Shown piece after piece: positions 53,761 to 63,945 of a DNA stretch of 64,000 nt. How positions within the stretch are numbered: position 1 is the first letter of the stretch; each line of letters begins with the position of its first letter. The DNA comes from Scytonema sp. PMC 1070.18 (lineage in GTDB: Bacteria; Cyanobacteriota; Cyanobacteriia; Cyanobacteriales; Nostocaceae). The stretch is from positions 1,699-65,698 of the forward strand of contig JAWQFQ010000022.1 in assembly GCA_035967975.1 (NCBI GenBank). Reading direction: 5' to 3'. The translations under genes and the position numbers were made by a program. The notes below the pieces were generated by a model, which worked only from the letters and a program-made list of their open reading frames with translations, was not told the origin of the DNA and ran no database searches.

Positions 53761-54378
53761 ATGACAAAAGCTGCTCCTAAACTCCTGACATTCGATGATT
53801 TCATCGCTCGATATGGAGATGACGAGCGTTATGAATTGATTGACGGGGAACTTATTGAAATGGAACCAACTGGACCTCACGAAGAGGTGGCTGCTTTTGT
53901 CCTGCGAAAAATTAATGTCGAGATAGATCGGCTGAGTGTCCCTTGGTTTACACCCACCCGTTGTTTAATCAAACCTCTTGGTACATCAACGGCTTTCCGT
54001 CCTGACGTTGTGGTACTTGACAAAGCTGCCATTACCTCGGAGCCTTTATGGCAGAATGAGCCTATTATCACCTTGGGAACTTCCGTTAAACTTGTTGTAG
54101 AAGTCGTCAGCACTAACTGGCAAAATGACTATGCACGAAAAGTTGAAGACTATAGCACAATAGGTATTCCAGAATACTGGATCGTAGACTACTTGGGCTT
54201 AGGCGGTCGAGATTATATTGGTAACCCAAAGCAACCGACGATATCGATTTACCAGTTATCAGCAAGTGGAAACCAGTACCAAAAGCCTGCTCAATTTCGG
54301 GGTAGCTCTCTCATTATCTCCCCTACATTCAACTCATTACAACTAACGGCTGAGCAGATATTTGCTACTCTTAATTAA
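53761..54378 (+). CDS. Uma2-family (DUF820) endonuclease
   Basis: YELIDGELIEM, RPDVVV, LVVEVVS, GIPEYWIVD. Confidence 0.92.
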   Translation: MTKAAPKLLTFDDFIARYGDDERYELIDGELIEMEPTGPHEEVAAFVLRKINVEIDRLSVPWFTPTRCLIKPLGTSTAFRPDVVVLDKAAITSEPLWQNEPIITLGTSVKLVVEVVSTNWQNDYARKVEDYSTIGIPEYWIVDYLGLGGRDYIGNPKQPTISIYQLSASGNQYQKPAQFRGSSLIISPTFNSLQLTAEQIFATLN

Positions 54379-54502
54379 TGGTCAGGAATTAGCGCTTGCA
54401 AATTAAGAGAACCCTCCATTTAGGACTGCTACATATTTAGCAACTGCTGTACTTGTATACTTTGTACGGGATAAACTGAGCATTTGATGTGGCTAGGATC
54501 TA

Positions 54503-54750
54503 TTAGCCATAAGCTATTAGCTGATAGCTGATAGCTAACAGATCAAAGTATAGTTGCAAAAGTCGTATTTTACTTTGCACAATATCCCAAATAATCTCAT
54601 CTTCCACAGAAAAATAAGTATGAGCAAGAAGATACCGTAAACCTGCAATCTTACGCCACTCTATTTCAGGATAACAAGTACGCATCTCTTGAGGAACATT
54701 TTTAACAGCTTCCCCAATTACTAAAAGATTAAAAATGACTGCATCAAAAG
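54503..54750 (-). pseudogene. 5'-truncated HepT/DUF86 RNase toxin remnant
   Basis: [20 protein letters not shown]...[17 protein letters not shown] (RX4H) ...IIWDIV; N-terminus replaced by the transposase fragment. Confidence 0.75.
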
Positions 54751-55020
54751 TCAGTTTAAAGCTTGATTAATTTGAGTTTCAAGCTGCTCAAAATTATTTA
54801 TTTTATCCAAGTGATACCTAATATCATTACCTGATGGGCTTTGATTTAAAATTTTGCAACAATTAATACTATCCCCGATGCTTGCCGCTCTTACTAAAAT
54901 CTCAAATAGATTTTTTTGATTAAAAGCTCCTTGAGTTTCAATCGTAAAATTTTCAGTTAAACAGTCTAGAACTTCTTCTAATGTTTCCTAGTCTGTGAGA
55001 GCTAATTTTTTTGATATCAT
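54751..55020 (-). mobile_element. ISH3-like (IS4 superfamily) transposase N-terminal fragment, inactivated
   Basis: MISKKLALTD*ETLEEVLDCL...LFEILVRAAS.GDSI...PSGNDIRYHLDK...[10 protein letters not shown]; internal stop; family recognised from memory. Confidence 0.65.
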
Positions 55021-55478
55021 TGTATTAAAAGAATGAATGTCACCCGTCATTTAATTTAATTCAAGGCGACATAACTCTCATAATTTTTTGTAAAAATAAT
55101 AATTTTTATTAAATAAAAATTATTATTTTTAATACCAGACTGTGATAAAAGCTTTAAAATGCAATTCCTAAAAACTTTACTCATTATTATTTTTTTAATA
55201 TAATCAAAACTTTTGAAGAAGGCAGCCTTGCTGGAGGCAGATGGCAGAAGGCTCACGAATGTTGGAGATTCTGACCCCAACCTCTAACAGGACACCGTGT
55301 AGACGGTGGGGTTTTATACTCCTTTGGCAGAGAACAGACGGAACAGAGGGTATTACTTGTTACCTTCAATACTTGTTCGGACCTTCTGCCCTCTGCCCTC
55401 TGCCCTCTGCCTTTCCCAGATAACTGTGATTGATGCTGATGAACCAGATGATTTTGATGGAGGTATTGAATTGTAAAT

Positions 55479-55679
55479 ATGAGACCTGAAACCCGAAACG
55501 TACTGTTAAAAGCTTACGCTCAATTACACCAAATTATTGAGGACTTATACGAAGCTTCAGCGATAGCTTTAGAGAATAATAACCTAGAAGACGCTAGCTT
55601 ATTAGAGAGTAGAGCAGATAGACTTTATCAAGAAACTGAAAATTTGGAATTTGTGATTTCCGAACTGGAGGAAGAATGA
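55479..55679 (+). CDS. Small acidic hypothetical protein
   Basis: GGAGG upstream; translationally coupled (ATGA) to the next ORF. Confidence 0.6.
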   Translation: MRPETRNVLLKAYAQLHQIIEDLYEASAIALENNNLEDASLLESRADRLYQETENLEFVISELEEE

Positions 55680-55867
55680 AAACCGTTGAAGATTTAAAGA
55701 CTCGTGCTAAAGAACTCAGTAGGCAAGCAGTTGAATTGATGCATAAAGCAACAGAACTGTGTTTAACCGATAGAGAGCAAGCCAAACAGTACCGCCAACA
55801 GGCAAGGGAAGCTATGAAGCGCTGTCAAGTATTGATACAAGAGTTAAAACGCCAACAAGCAAGTTAA
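55676..55867 (+). CDS. Small basic helical hypothetical protein
   Basis: GGAGG RBS inside the upstream gene; followed by a hairpin CTGG..CCAG and a T-tract. Confidence 0.6.
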   Translation: MKTVEDLKTRAKELSRQAVELMHKATELCLTDREQAKQYRQQAREAMKRCQVLIQELKRQQAS

Positions 55868-56000
55868 AAACTGGCAATCCAGAGAGACTACCAGCTTTTA
55901 ATCCAAAATATAGATGCCCGTCCACATGATGGGCATTTTTTCATTTTACCAGTACCACATCAACCGTAGACTGTGATACAGGGTCAAAGGCAGTTGGGTC

Positions 56001-56039
56001 ATGAAAGTCAATCGGCACGGTAAAGCGAAAATCCTTTGA
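56001..56039 (+). pseudogene. Stub of a cyanobacterial tyrosine recombinase/integrase
   Basis: MKVNRHGKAKIL* matches the N-terminus typical of cyanobacterial site-specific integrases (from memory); only 12 codons remain. Confidence 0.45.
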
Positions 56040-56113
56040 ATACCTTTACTGAGGCTTTAGAAGCTTTTAGAACAGCTAGCTTCGCTTACTAGGGCAAAAA
56101 AAAGAAAATTTCT

Positions 56114-59100
56114 CTATTCTTGTGGAGTGGATTGGCTTAGGAGGGAAAGATATACACCCAATAAACAAATACAACAGGATATCCAACTGAGAAGGCTTAA
56201 TCTTTCTGAAAAAATGACCCAAGCTTCGATCACCGTTAAAACTGGATCAAGGATGATAAATAAGGCAACAGTGCTAGCAGATAACTTGTCCATACTGTAA
56301 ATAATCAATACTTGACCAATCACTTGAATCGCTGCCAGCGTAATCACTGCAATCCAACCTTGTGATGACCGAGGGAACAAGTTCTCGTGATTGATCAAGA
56401 GTATGGGCAAAATAAAACTGCTGCCAATCAGTGAACCCCACATCAGCATATCAGTTGCCTTAAAAGTTGATCGCAACTGATCGATCGTCAACAGATATAC
56501 ACCAAACAAAATCGCTGAGGCTAAAGCGGCAAGATCCCCTGCAAACTCACCCCAAGCTACTTCCCCACCCTCCAGTCCAAGTTCAGTGGCACCACCAACC
56601 GCTAGCACCATTCCCAGCCAAAACCGAGAGTCAAATTGTTGACGAAAAATAAGCCATGCAACCAAACTCATAAACACCGGGGTTAAATTATGTAGCAGTG
56701 TGGAAATGGCAATGCTAGTTTGAGCAAGAGACCACGCCCAAGTAGCTTGGTAAATCATATAAGACAACCCTAATAACACCAAGAAACCTAACGTTCGGGG
56801 AGCATAAAGGGTAATCTCGTCAGGATTGCTGTGGCACTCTTGCTTGGATTTGAGTTTAACAAAAACAGTCCTACACCCTTTCCACAAAACCAGAGTCAGA
56901 GTGGTAATGCATAATCGATTGAATATGGTTGCATTGGGACTTACTGCTGCTGCTTCACTGATTTTAATAAAAATGGCAGAAAAAGACATGGCAATAACAG
57001 AAATGGAAAGGGCTGCGATCGCACTCACAGCCCTTTCATGTCCTTCCAAAAGACTTAATTGTTCTCCGTGTAAATTCCAAACGCGGATAGTTTTATCGTT
57101 ACTTCCACTGAAAATCAATTGTCCATCGGGTCTAAAAGCAACACAGTTCACAGCATCTTCATGTCCGTAAAAAGGTTGACCAACGGGATTTCCTTGTAAA
57201 TCCCAGACTCGGATAGTGCGATCGCTACTTCCACTGACAATCAATTGTCCATCCGAACTAAAGGCAATAGAATTAACATAACTGTCATGTCCACTTAATG
57301 GTTCACAAACAGGTTTACCAAACAAATCCCATAATCTAATCCGATCTGCGCTCCCACTTGCAATCAATTTTCCATCAGGACTAAACGCAACACAATTAAC
57401 AGTGCTTTCATGTCCACGGAACGGTTCTCCAATAGAATTACCACGTATATCCCACAAACGCACTGTTTTACTGTTACTTCCACTGATAATTAAGTCTCCA
57501 TCAGGACTAAAAGCAACAAAGTGTAGTGCAGAAGTTTTAGATTCCGGGAAAGTTCTAATCGCTTTTCCATCTATATTCCATAGACGAATCGATCCCCCTA
57601 CACTCCCACTGACAAGCAATTGGGAGTCAGGGCTAAAAGCAATCGAGTTAACAGACGTTCCATGTCCTCGCAAAGATTGACCAATAAGATTTCCATCTAA
57701 GTTTTGTAAATAAATCGTGCCATTACCGAAGCCACTAGCTATAAATTTACCATCAGGGCTCCAACAAATAGCAGTCACATCTACTTCGTTATTAATAAGA
57801 ACTTGATAACAAATCCAAGGAGCGATACGCAGTAGCTCTAGTTGGGAGGTTTCTTCAGAAGAAGGAACAAGATTCAAGTTCTGCTCTAACTCTTCAGCAA
57901 AACGAGCATAATCTCCACCCAACTGTCTCAATATTTTAGCTGTTACCCTAGCAAAAGGTTTTACTTCCTCTTCCTCATCTTCTTCTGGTGCTTTCAACAA
58001 AGCAACAAACTCTTCTAAAGACTTACCCAACTGCGACGCAACATATTGAGAAACAGCAGCTAATACCTCGGCTGAATCTGATACGGGCGCAGACTCTAAC
58101 AGAATTTCCCGTATCTCATCTTCCATAAACTCATACTGCACTGTATCAGGATTGGTATCAGCTTCAATATCTGTGAGCGGTTTTAACAGTCCTCCTAAAA
58201 ACACTTCCGCAACATGAACCTGTCGGGATTTGGGTAACAGAGTTTCTTGAACTAACCGCACCACAGGTAAACTAATCACTGGTGCTGCTGCGAGTAAACC
58301 TGCTAGCTTCCGCGCCATTGGTGAAGCGGTCATGCGAAAGCGGTGTACTCTAGTTTGTGGGTCGAGTTTTTTGTGACTAGTCTGGAGTTGAAAATCATCT
58401 TCTTCTGGAAGTTCCGACGCAAAGACGAACCCAGGAGCCGTTGCGTCACTTTTTCCTGCTACCATATGACTCCAAGCACTAGCAACTTCTGGCTCAAGGG
58501 TCAACACCGGAATTTTAATTCCTGTTTCCAGATTAAACTCTTGCCAGAGCAAAATTTCTTTAATCAATAAATATTGGTTCGCAACTCCAGCTGTTAAACT
58601 TCCCAAACGCACTGAAGCTCCCAAACTCAAACCCGTTCTCAACCACAACCATTCGGGTAACATCTGAAGAATCGCCACTGGCTGTGTATTTGTCCATTGC
58701 TTCAAAACTGAGGTAGCAGAACCGTTTCGCCAAATAGCAGCAACGCAGTCACTGACAACCAAAATCAAACAACGACCTGTAGGGTCGATTAATTCCTGAG
58801 GATTTGCAAGACGGTGCTGATTCGCTATGTCCCCAATTCTAGGACGAAGGCGAATTTCCTGGTTATTCTCAAGAACAACCAATCCCCAAGTCCGAACATC
58901 GCGGAAAATACCGTAATGCTCCAACAATCGTTTGAGTTCCTGAATTGTATGTCGCCAAATGAGCATTGATTTGCTCTCATCAACGACCAACGCCAAATCT
59001 AACCAAGGTTCTGGTTCAGGTTTAAAAACAGGTACACAAAATCCTTCCTGTGCTCTGCGTTCAACGGTGGCGATTTCATCTAATACCTGAGTTCGACCAG

Positions 59101-59497
59101 AAGCTACTCGACGCATTAAGGGTCGTAACGCTTGGACTAGTTTTATCGGTTCTCGCAGCGAAGGCGCATCTGGAACTCGCAAGGAAAGGGATTTTGTCTT
59201 AGAAGAACTTTGGCTTTGAGTGGATGATTGGTTATAAATCTGTGCTGTGGCGTTAGGAATTTCCGGAAAATTTATATTTGCAGAAGTCGTGCTACTGGGA
59301 GTGGAAACTGTTGCGTTTTGTGATTTAGGTTTTTGGGATACCTCTAATGGCTGTGCGATCGCCTCATCATTGTCTAGACGTTGTAAAGTCAACCAAAGAA
59401 TATCTGAAATTTCTGCTCCCGTTAGGTCTAAATCTTTACCTAACTCTGTAATCAGTCGGTTGAGGAGATGATTGGTGGTCAGCGATTGATTGCTCAT
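56114..59497 (-). CDS. vWA (SAV_2336 N-terminal-like) - WD40 - EamA/DMT transporter fusion; vWA component of a ternary system
   Basis: ALRPLMRRV, DLALVVDESKSM (MIDAS-like), LVVSDCVA, LAGLLAAAP; six WD40 repeats plus a truncated seventh; then ~300 aa of 10-TM EamA. Confidence 0.85.
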   Translation of the reverse strand: MSNQSLTTNHLLNRLITELGKDLDLTGAEISDILWLTLQRLDNDEAIAQPLEVSQKPKSQNATVSTPSSTTSANINFPEIPNATAQIYNQSSTQSQSSSKTKSLSLRVPDAPSLREPIKLVQALRPLMRRVASGRTQVLDEIATVERRAQEGFCVPVFKPEPEPWLDLALVVDESKSMLIWRHTIQELKRLLEHYGIFRDVRTWGLVVLENNQEIRLRPRIGDIANQHRLANPQELIDPTGRCLILVVSDCVAAIWRNGSATSVLKQWTNTQPVAILQMLPEWLWLRTGLSLGASVRLGSLTAGVANQYLLIKEILLWQEFNLETGIKIPVLTLEPEVASAWSHMVAGKSDATAPGFVFASELPEEDDFQLQTSHKKLDPQTRVHRFRMTASPMARKLAGLLAAAPVISLPVVRLVQETLLPKSRQVHVAEVFLGGLLKPLTDIEADTNPDTVQYEFMEDEIREILLESAPVSDSAEVLAAVSQYVASQLGKSLEEFVALLKAPEEDEEEEVKPFARVTAKILRQLGGDYARFAEELEQNLNLVPSSEETSQLELLRIAPWICYQVLINNEVDVTAICWSPDGKFIASGFGNGTIYLQNLDGNLIGQSLRGHGTSVNSIAFSPDSQLLVSGSVGGSIRLWNIDGKAIRTFPESKTSALHFVAFSPDGDLIISGSNSKTVRLWDIRGNSIGEPFRGHESTVNCVAFSPDGKLIASGSADRIRLWDLFGKPVCEPLSGHDSYVNSIAFSSDGQLIVSGSSDRTIRVWDLQGNPVGQPFYGHEDAVNCVAFRPDGQLIFSGSNDKTIRVWNLHGEQLSLLEGHERAVSAIAALSISVIAMSFSAIFIKISEAAAVSPNATIFNRLCITTLTLVLWKGCRTVFVKLKSKQECHSNPDEITLYAPRTLGFLVLLGLSYMIYQATWAWSLAQTSIAISTLLHNLTPVFMSLVAWLIFRQQFDSRFWLGMVLAVGGATELGLEGGEVAWGEFAGDLAALASAILFGVYLLTIDQLRSTFKATDMLMWGSLIGSSFILPILLINHENLFPRSSQGWIAVITLAAIQVIGQVLIIYSMDKLSASTVALFIILDPVLTVIEAWVIFSERLSLLSWISCCICLLGVYLSLLSQSTPQE

Positions 59498-59517
59498 TTT
59501 GATGATGGTTGACTGAT

Positions 59518-60624
59518 TTAATCACTATTTGTCAAGCTCTTAAATAAAATTTCTTTAAGAGATTCTTCATCCTTTTCTAATGGGTCAATTCCATTGGTAA
59601 GCAAGTAAATTGTATTCAGTAATTGGTCTGTTGCTCGTTCTTGGGATTGATTTCCCCTCTGCTCCAGAAAATTCCGAATTAAACTTTCAATTTTAGACTT
59701 TGCTTCCTCAAAGGATTTTTCACCAAAGTGAGCCTTGACAATAGTTTTCAAAGCTTCTTCACTAGGTTCTGGCATTCTTACCCGCAAACATCTCCGCTTA
59801 AAAGCAGGTGGAAAGTCTCGCTCTCCATTACTCGTCATTATTATAATCGGAAAAGCATGACATTGTACTCTTCCATTTTTAATATTAGCCTTAATATCTT
59901 GGTCTTGAGTATCAACCTGAAATGTATTTTCGTTTCCTGGTTGAGAACGTCTCACTAGTTCTGGAATGACAAATTCTCCCTCCTCAAAAATATTTAATAA
60001 ATCATTGGGAAGATTAATATCACTTTTATCAATTTCATCAATGAGGAGAATTCTTGGTAAATAGGAAGGTAAAAAAGCTGTTCCTAATGCTCCTAAGGTG
60101 ATATACTTGCCAATTTCTTGTTCTTCACTCTTCTTTTTTTCCCGCAGTTGAGTTGATGTCAGTTGAGCATCTTGTAGTCTGGCGATCGCATCATAGCGAT
60201 AAAGCCCTTCGTGTAAAGTAGAACGAGCTGTGATTGACCAAGATAGCACTGAACCCAAATTCAATTCGTAGGCGATCGCATAAGCCAGAGAAGTTTTCCC
60301 CGACCCTGGTTTCCCTGTTACCAGTAGAGGTCTGCGTAAATAAATTCCTGCATTCACCGCATTAATGACATCATTAACCGCCTTAGATACATCAGTCCCA
60401 TTTTGGTCATCAGAGGAAATGCGGAAGTTTCGACCTCTTTGGATATCTTTTTCCCTAGTTAATTCTTTCACCTTTTCCCAGCGTTGATTTATCTCACTGG
60501 TGGTCTCTAAAATATCTTCTTTTTTAATAAACTGTCGCCAAGGCGGGGGTTTTAGTTGTTTTAATTTTTCTGTCACCCCTTCGTTTTGCTTACCATTCCC
60601 GTGAAAAAGCCTCCAGTCTGTCAT
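59518..60624 (-). CDS. MoxR-family AAA+ ATPase
   Basis: RRPLLVTGKPGSGKTSLA, YRYDAIARLQD, LLIDEIDKSD, TSNGERDFPPAFKRRC. Confidence 0.92.
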   Translation of the reverse strand: MTDWRLFHGNGKQNEGVTEKLKQLKPPPWRQFIKKEDILETTSEINQRWEKVKELTREKDIQRGRNFRISSDDQNGTDVSKAVNDVINAVNAGIYLRRPLLVTGKPGSGKTSLAYAIAYELNLGSVLSWSITARSTLHEGLYRYDAIARLQDAQLTSTQLREKKKSEEQEIGKYITLGALGTAFLPSYLPRILLIDEIDKSDINLPNDLLNIFEEGEFVIPELVRRSQPGNENTFQVDTQDQDIKANIKNGRVQCHAFPIIIMTSNGERDFPPAFKRRCLRVRMPEPSEEALKTIVKAHFGEKSFEEAKSKIESLIRNFLEQRGNQSQERATDQLLNTIYLLTNGIDPLEKDEESLKEILFKSLTNSD

Positions 60625-60647
60625 AAATTTTTATTTCCTGACGAATA

Positions 60648-62171
60648 TTACATTGCTTCATACTGACTTTGTGGTTGAAGAATTTCTGGTATCCGATTTG
60701 GGTCGTCACATAAAACACCCAAATAATAGCCTAAGTAATTTTGAGCCTGTTCTCCATAAGAGTGTGCATCTTGGCGATAGTCCCAGATTAATTTTAATAA
60801 GTTCTTTCTATCTTGCAAAGACTGTATCGTCAATATTTGCTTTAATTCCGTATCTAGATCAGTATTTGCGAGAATTTTACATCTTGTCCAAACTGCAATA
60901 GGTATTCCTCCTCTAACAAGATAACGAAATAATTGTTCTCGTTCCTCACTATATTCTGACCCACAACCAACAATTCTAATCCCCAGTTTTCTTTCTGTTT
61001 CCCATTGAAGAACTAGTCTCTCCCATATATTACTATCAATTTTATGAAGGTCAGCAATTTTGTTGTTCAATTCTTGATTATTTACACTTTCTTCTAAATC
61101 TATCCATCGTTTTCTTAAATTATTGATATATTTTTTCTGTCTATATCGTTCATAAGAACGGACTAAAAGTTGATATTGATGACCAATAGGCATATATTGT
61201 TTTTTTTCATTATCAATCGGAATTCTTTCAATATCTATACCTTCTCCTATATATTTATAGGGTAGAAAAATCTCAATAGTTAATTCATAAGGTTCTTGAA
61301 GATATTGTTCTTCACTTTTATTTATAAACTCATAAATAGTATGAGCAATTTCTGTATAATAACATTCAACATTTGTTTTTTCAGAATCTAAATCCAGTTT
61401 AACTGATTTCTGATAATTAAGATTTGGTTTATATTCAGGAAATAACTCTGCGTTTAAAGTCACTTTGTTACTTTCTCTGGAATGAGGTTCAAGAATAATA
61501 AGTAAATAAGATTGCTTGGTATAACTTGTTTGAGATTCTGAAAATGTAGGAAGAGGTACATTAAGTATTTGAGAAATGGTTTGAAGCCAGGTTGTTAGCT
61601 GGTTCTTTAACGGTTCTTGAATTTTTTTAGTTAAGCGTTCTACAAATTCAATAATCGTAGGGACGCCATCTTTTCTTTGAGGACGTTGTTGTAATAAAAT
61701 TTTTCTAAGTTCAATTAAGTCTATGCGATCGCTTAAGTTTAAATAATTTCCTGAAATATCATCTTGAATGTTGCTTAAAGTTTTTCGGCAAATCTGAGAA
61801 ACTAAGCCGATGTCTATTTGAGATAAAATTTCATACAATTCATTCCATTGTTTTACTGATATTATTCCAGAATGAGGTGAAACGCCAAGATAACTATATC
61901 TATATAATAACTTATTAATAAGATTTTGAAACTCTTGATTTTCATATCTATCCTGATAAAGAGCCTGAATCAGTTCTCTTGTAAATCCTTGACTTTCTGT
62001 CCATTGAATGAGATGAAAAACAATTTGTTTATAATTATTACCACCTGCTATTGCAGATAAATTTTGTTCAAGTGTGATTTTAACCAAAATTTTTAAGTCG
62101 CCAATGTCAGGATAAGCATCAAGAATCGCATTCAGTAATTCTCCCTGTTCAGAACCAGATAATTTAATCAT
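60648..62171 (-). CDS. EAD1-VMAP (effector-associated domain 1 + vWA-MoxR-associated protein)
   Basis: N-terminal LSG...L.NAILDAYP...L..NL..IAGG.NY..IVF.LI.W.ESQG (EAD1-like); C-terminal IEIFLP, LLVRSYER, GIPIAVW, DDPNRIP (VMAP-C-like); first gene of the MoxR-vWA operon. Confidence 0.8.
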   Translation of the reverse strand: MIKLSGSEQGELLNAILDAYPDIGDLKILVKITLEQNLSAIAGGNNYKQIVFHLIQWTESQGFTRELIQALYQDRYENQEFQNLINKLLYRYSYLGVSPHSGIISVKQWNELYEILSQIDIGLVSQICRKTLSNIQDDISGNYLNLSDRIDLIELRKILLQQRPQRKDGVPTIIEFVERLTKKIQEPLKNQLTTWLQTISQILNVPLPTFSESQTSYTKQSYLLIILEPHSRESNKVTLNAELFPEYKPNLNYQKSVKLDLDSEKTNVECYYTEIAHTIYEFINKSEEQYLQEPYELTIEIFLPYKYIGEGIDIERIPIDNEKKQYMPIGHQYQLLVRSYERYRQKKYINNLRKRWIDLEESVNNQELNNKIADLHKIDSNIWERLVLQWETERKLGIRIVGCGSEYSEEREQLFRYLVRGGIPIAVWTRCKILANTDLDTELKQILTIQSLQDRKNLLKLIWDYRQDAHSYGEQAQNYLGYYLGVLCDDPNRIPEILQPQSQYEAM

Positions 62172-62612
62172 TTTTAATATAGTTTAATATAGCAATCCTC
62201 TTTGATTTATAAGAATCGCGAGTCCCAGACAATCAGTATCTTCAAAATACTGAGTTTCTCTCTTATCTCGAATGAGTTAAGATTGCTATATACAAATTTA
62301 CCTACTATTTTCATGTGGTTTTCTTACCTTCAATTTGATTAGTGATATCCTAATAATCTGGGTCTCGCTTGAAAAATCTTGTTCTTGTTCGTCGCTTGGT
62401 CCTTTCCAATTAATAGGTGGAATCTTAAGAAAGATGTATAGAGCTTCATGGCAAAATGGTTATAGCAGCTGTTTGGGGAGTGCGATACCCTCGCGCATAA
62501 AACTACCCAACTAAGTGAATATTACCTCCCTTAGGTGCTCTGCGCTATGACGTTTTAGCAAAAACTTTGTGAGGCTCATCACCAACGCTGAAAATCAAAT
62601 GCTCAACAACAG

Positions 62613-62772
62613 CTATGACAGCAGAGCGATTTGTTCCAACACCTCCAGTTCCTTCAAACGTAACGCGACGGGGTTATCTTCCATCACTTTGGCGGTATTT
62701 AACATCCTGCGAGTCGCAGCTGTTTCTTCTCGACGACGGACTACATTAGCTTGGGCGGCTTTTTCTGCTTCT
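62613..62772 (-). pseudogene. C-terminal fragment of a slipin/SPFH (band 7) protein
   Basis: EAEKAAQANVVRRREETAATRRMLNTAKVMEDNPVALRLKELEVLEQIA; no start, bounded upstream by a dispersed repeat. Confidence 0.7.
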
Positions 62773-62991
62773 CTTATTCTGTCTTATACTTTGTAAGGAC
62801 GGGCGAGGACGCCCGTACCACAAGATGGATAATTTATTTCTTGGAAGTCCCTAAGTCGGCAAAAGTAAACCGAACTATGTAACGGTATGTAAATTTGCTG
62901 AAACCTTTACCAATGATAAAGGACAGTTGACAAAGGACAACCACTACAAGTTAACTTTATTTGTGCCAACCTACTTATTCCCCGCTTAATA

Positions 62992-63618
62992 ATGGTACAA
63001 ATACAAGCAAGAGATATTAGTCTTTACGAATTAGAAGAAAAATTTGGCTTGCAATTAGTAACAGCCGCCGATTTTTTCCCAGAATGGACAGATAATCTAC
63101 CAATATTGACTGAGGCAGAAAAAATATCTTTAGAACGAGTTAAAGGCAACTATTTAAACTTAAGTAAACGCCGTCCTATGTCAGAAGAGGCAGTGAAGAT
63201 GGTGGTACTGTCTCCACTGCTAGATTTAGCCGGTTTTTATCAAAGCCCTTTTGAAATTGAAACCGAAAAATCTATAGAAATTTCTGCTGAAGACGAAAAT
63301 ATTATTGTCAAAGGTAATATTGATGTTTTGGTAATACAGAAGAGGCTTTGGATACTCGTCATTGAATCTAAAAGCACTAAATTCGATGTATTAACGGCTC
63401 TCCCTCAAGCACTTGCTTATATGCTTGATTCACCCAACAATGAACAGCCTACTTTTGGTTTACTTGTTAATGGAAGAGAATTTGTCTTTGTGAAACTGCT
63501 TCAACAAGTACAACCAAAATATTCTCGTTCTTTTGCTTTATCAATTGAAAAACAAGATGAATTACAACAAGTATTAAGTGTATTAAAACGTTTTAGTAAC
63601 TTGATAGTTAATAGGTAA
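62992..63618 (+). CDS. HsdR N-terminal-like (PD-(D/E)xK) restriction endonuclease-fold protein
   Basis: VKMVVLSPLLDLAGF, GNIDVLV, VIESK, PQALAYM, GLLVNG.EFVFVKL. Confidence 0.85.
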   Translation: MVQIQARDISLYELEEKFGLQLVTAADFFPEWTDNLPILTEAEKISLERVKGNYLNLSKRRPMSEEAVKMVVLSPLLDLAGFYQSPFEIETEKSIEISAEDENIIVKGNIDVLVIQKRLWILVIESKSTKFDVLTALPQALAYMLDSPNNEQPTFGLLVNGREFVFVKLLQQVQPKYSRSFALSIEKQDELQQVLSVLKRFSNLIVNR

Positions 63619-63758
63619 GCATTTATAGCGGTTCTCTGTTGAATCTAATACGTTTTTAAATTAAAAAACCACAGATGTTGGCGTCAGCCTTGCCGGAGGC
63701 TACGCACCCTCAACGCAGATGAATCTGTATTTTATCCAAACGAGAATTGCTATAGTTT

Positions 63759-63945
63759 CCCCTCACAGCTTGGCTAGCTTCAATGGGCGGTATTGACCGC
63801 GCCCGTCACAACCCGTTGATACCAATTGCAATGGGCGTTAAGCTTCTATTTGACGGGATTCTTACCGCCGAATTAGCCCACTTCAGATGTCCTCACCCGT
63901 CCTGAACACTTCAGGTGTGGGAGTTTTAGAATGCGGATCGCTCCA
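63759..63945. ncRNA. Putative structured non-coding RNA/DNA element, family unknown
   Basis: GC-richer island with nested pairings GGCGGTA(63786)/TACCGCC(63863), CCCGTCA(63802)/TGACGGG(63851), CCCGTTG/CAATGGG; direct repeat CACTTCAG(A/G)TG. Confidence 0.4.

Noticed and set aside
2891-55411. CRISPR array
   Set aside because: The repeats are heptamer tandems or isolated palindromes with no repeat-spacer periodicity; no cas genes.
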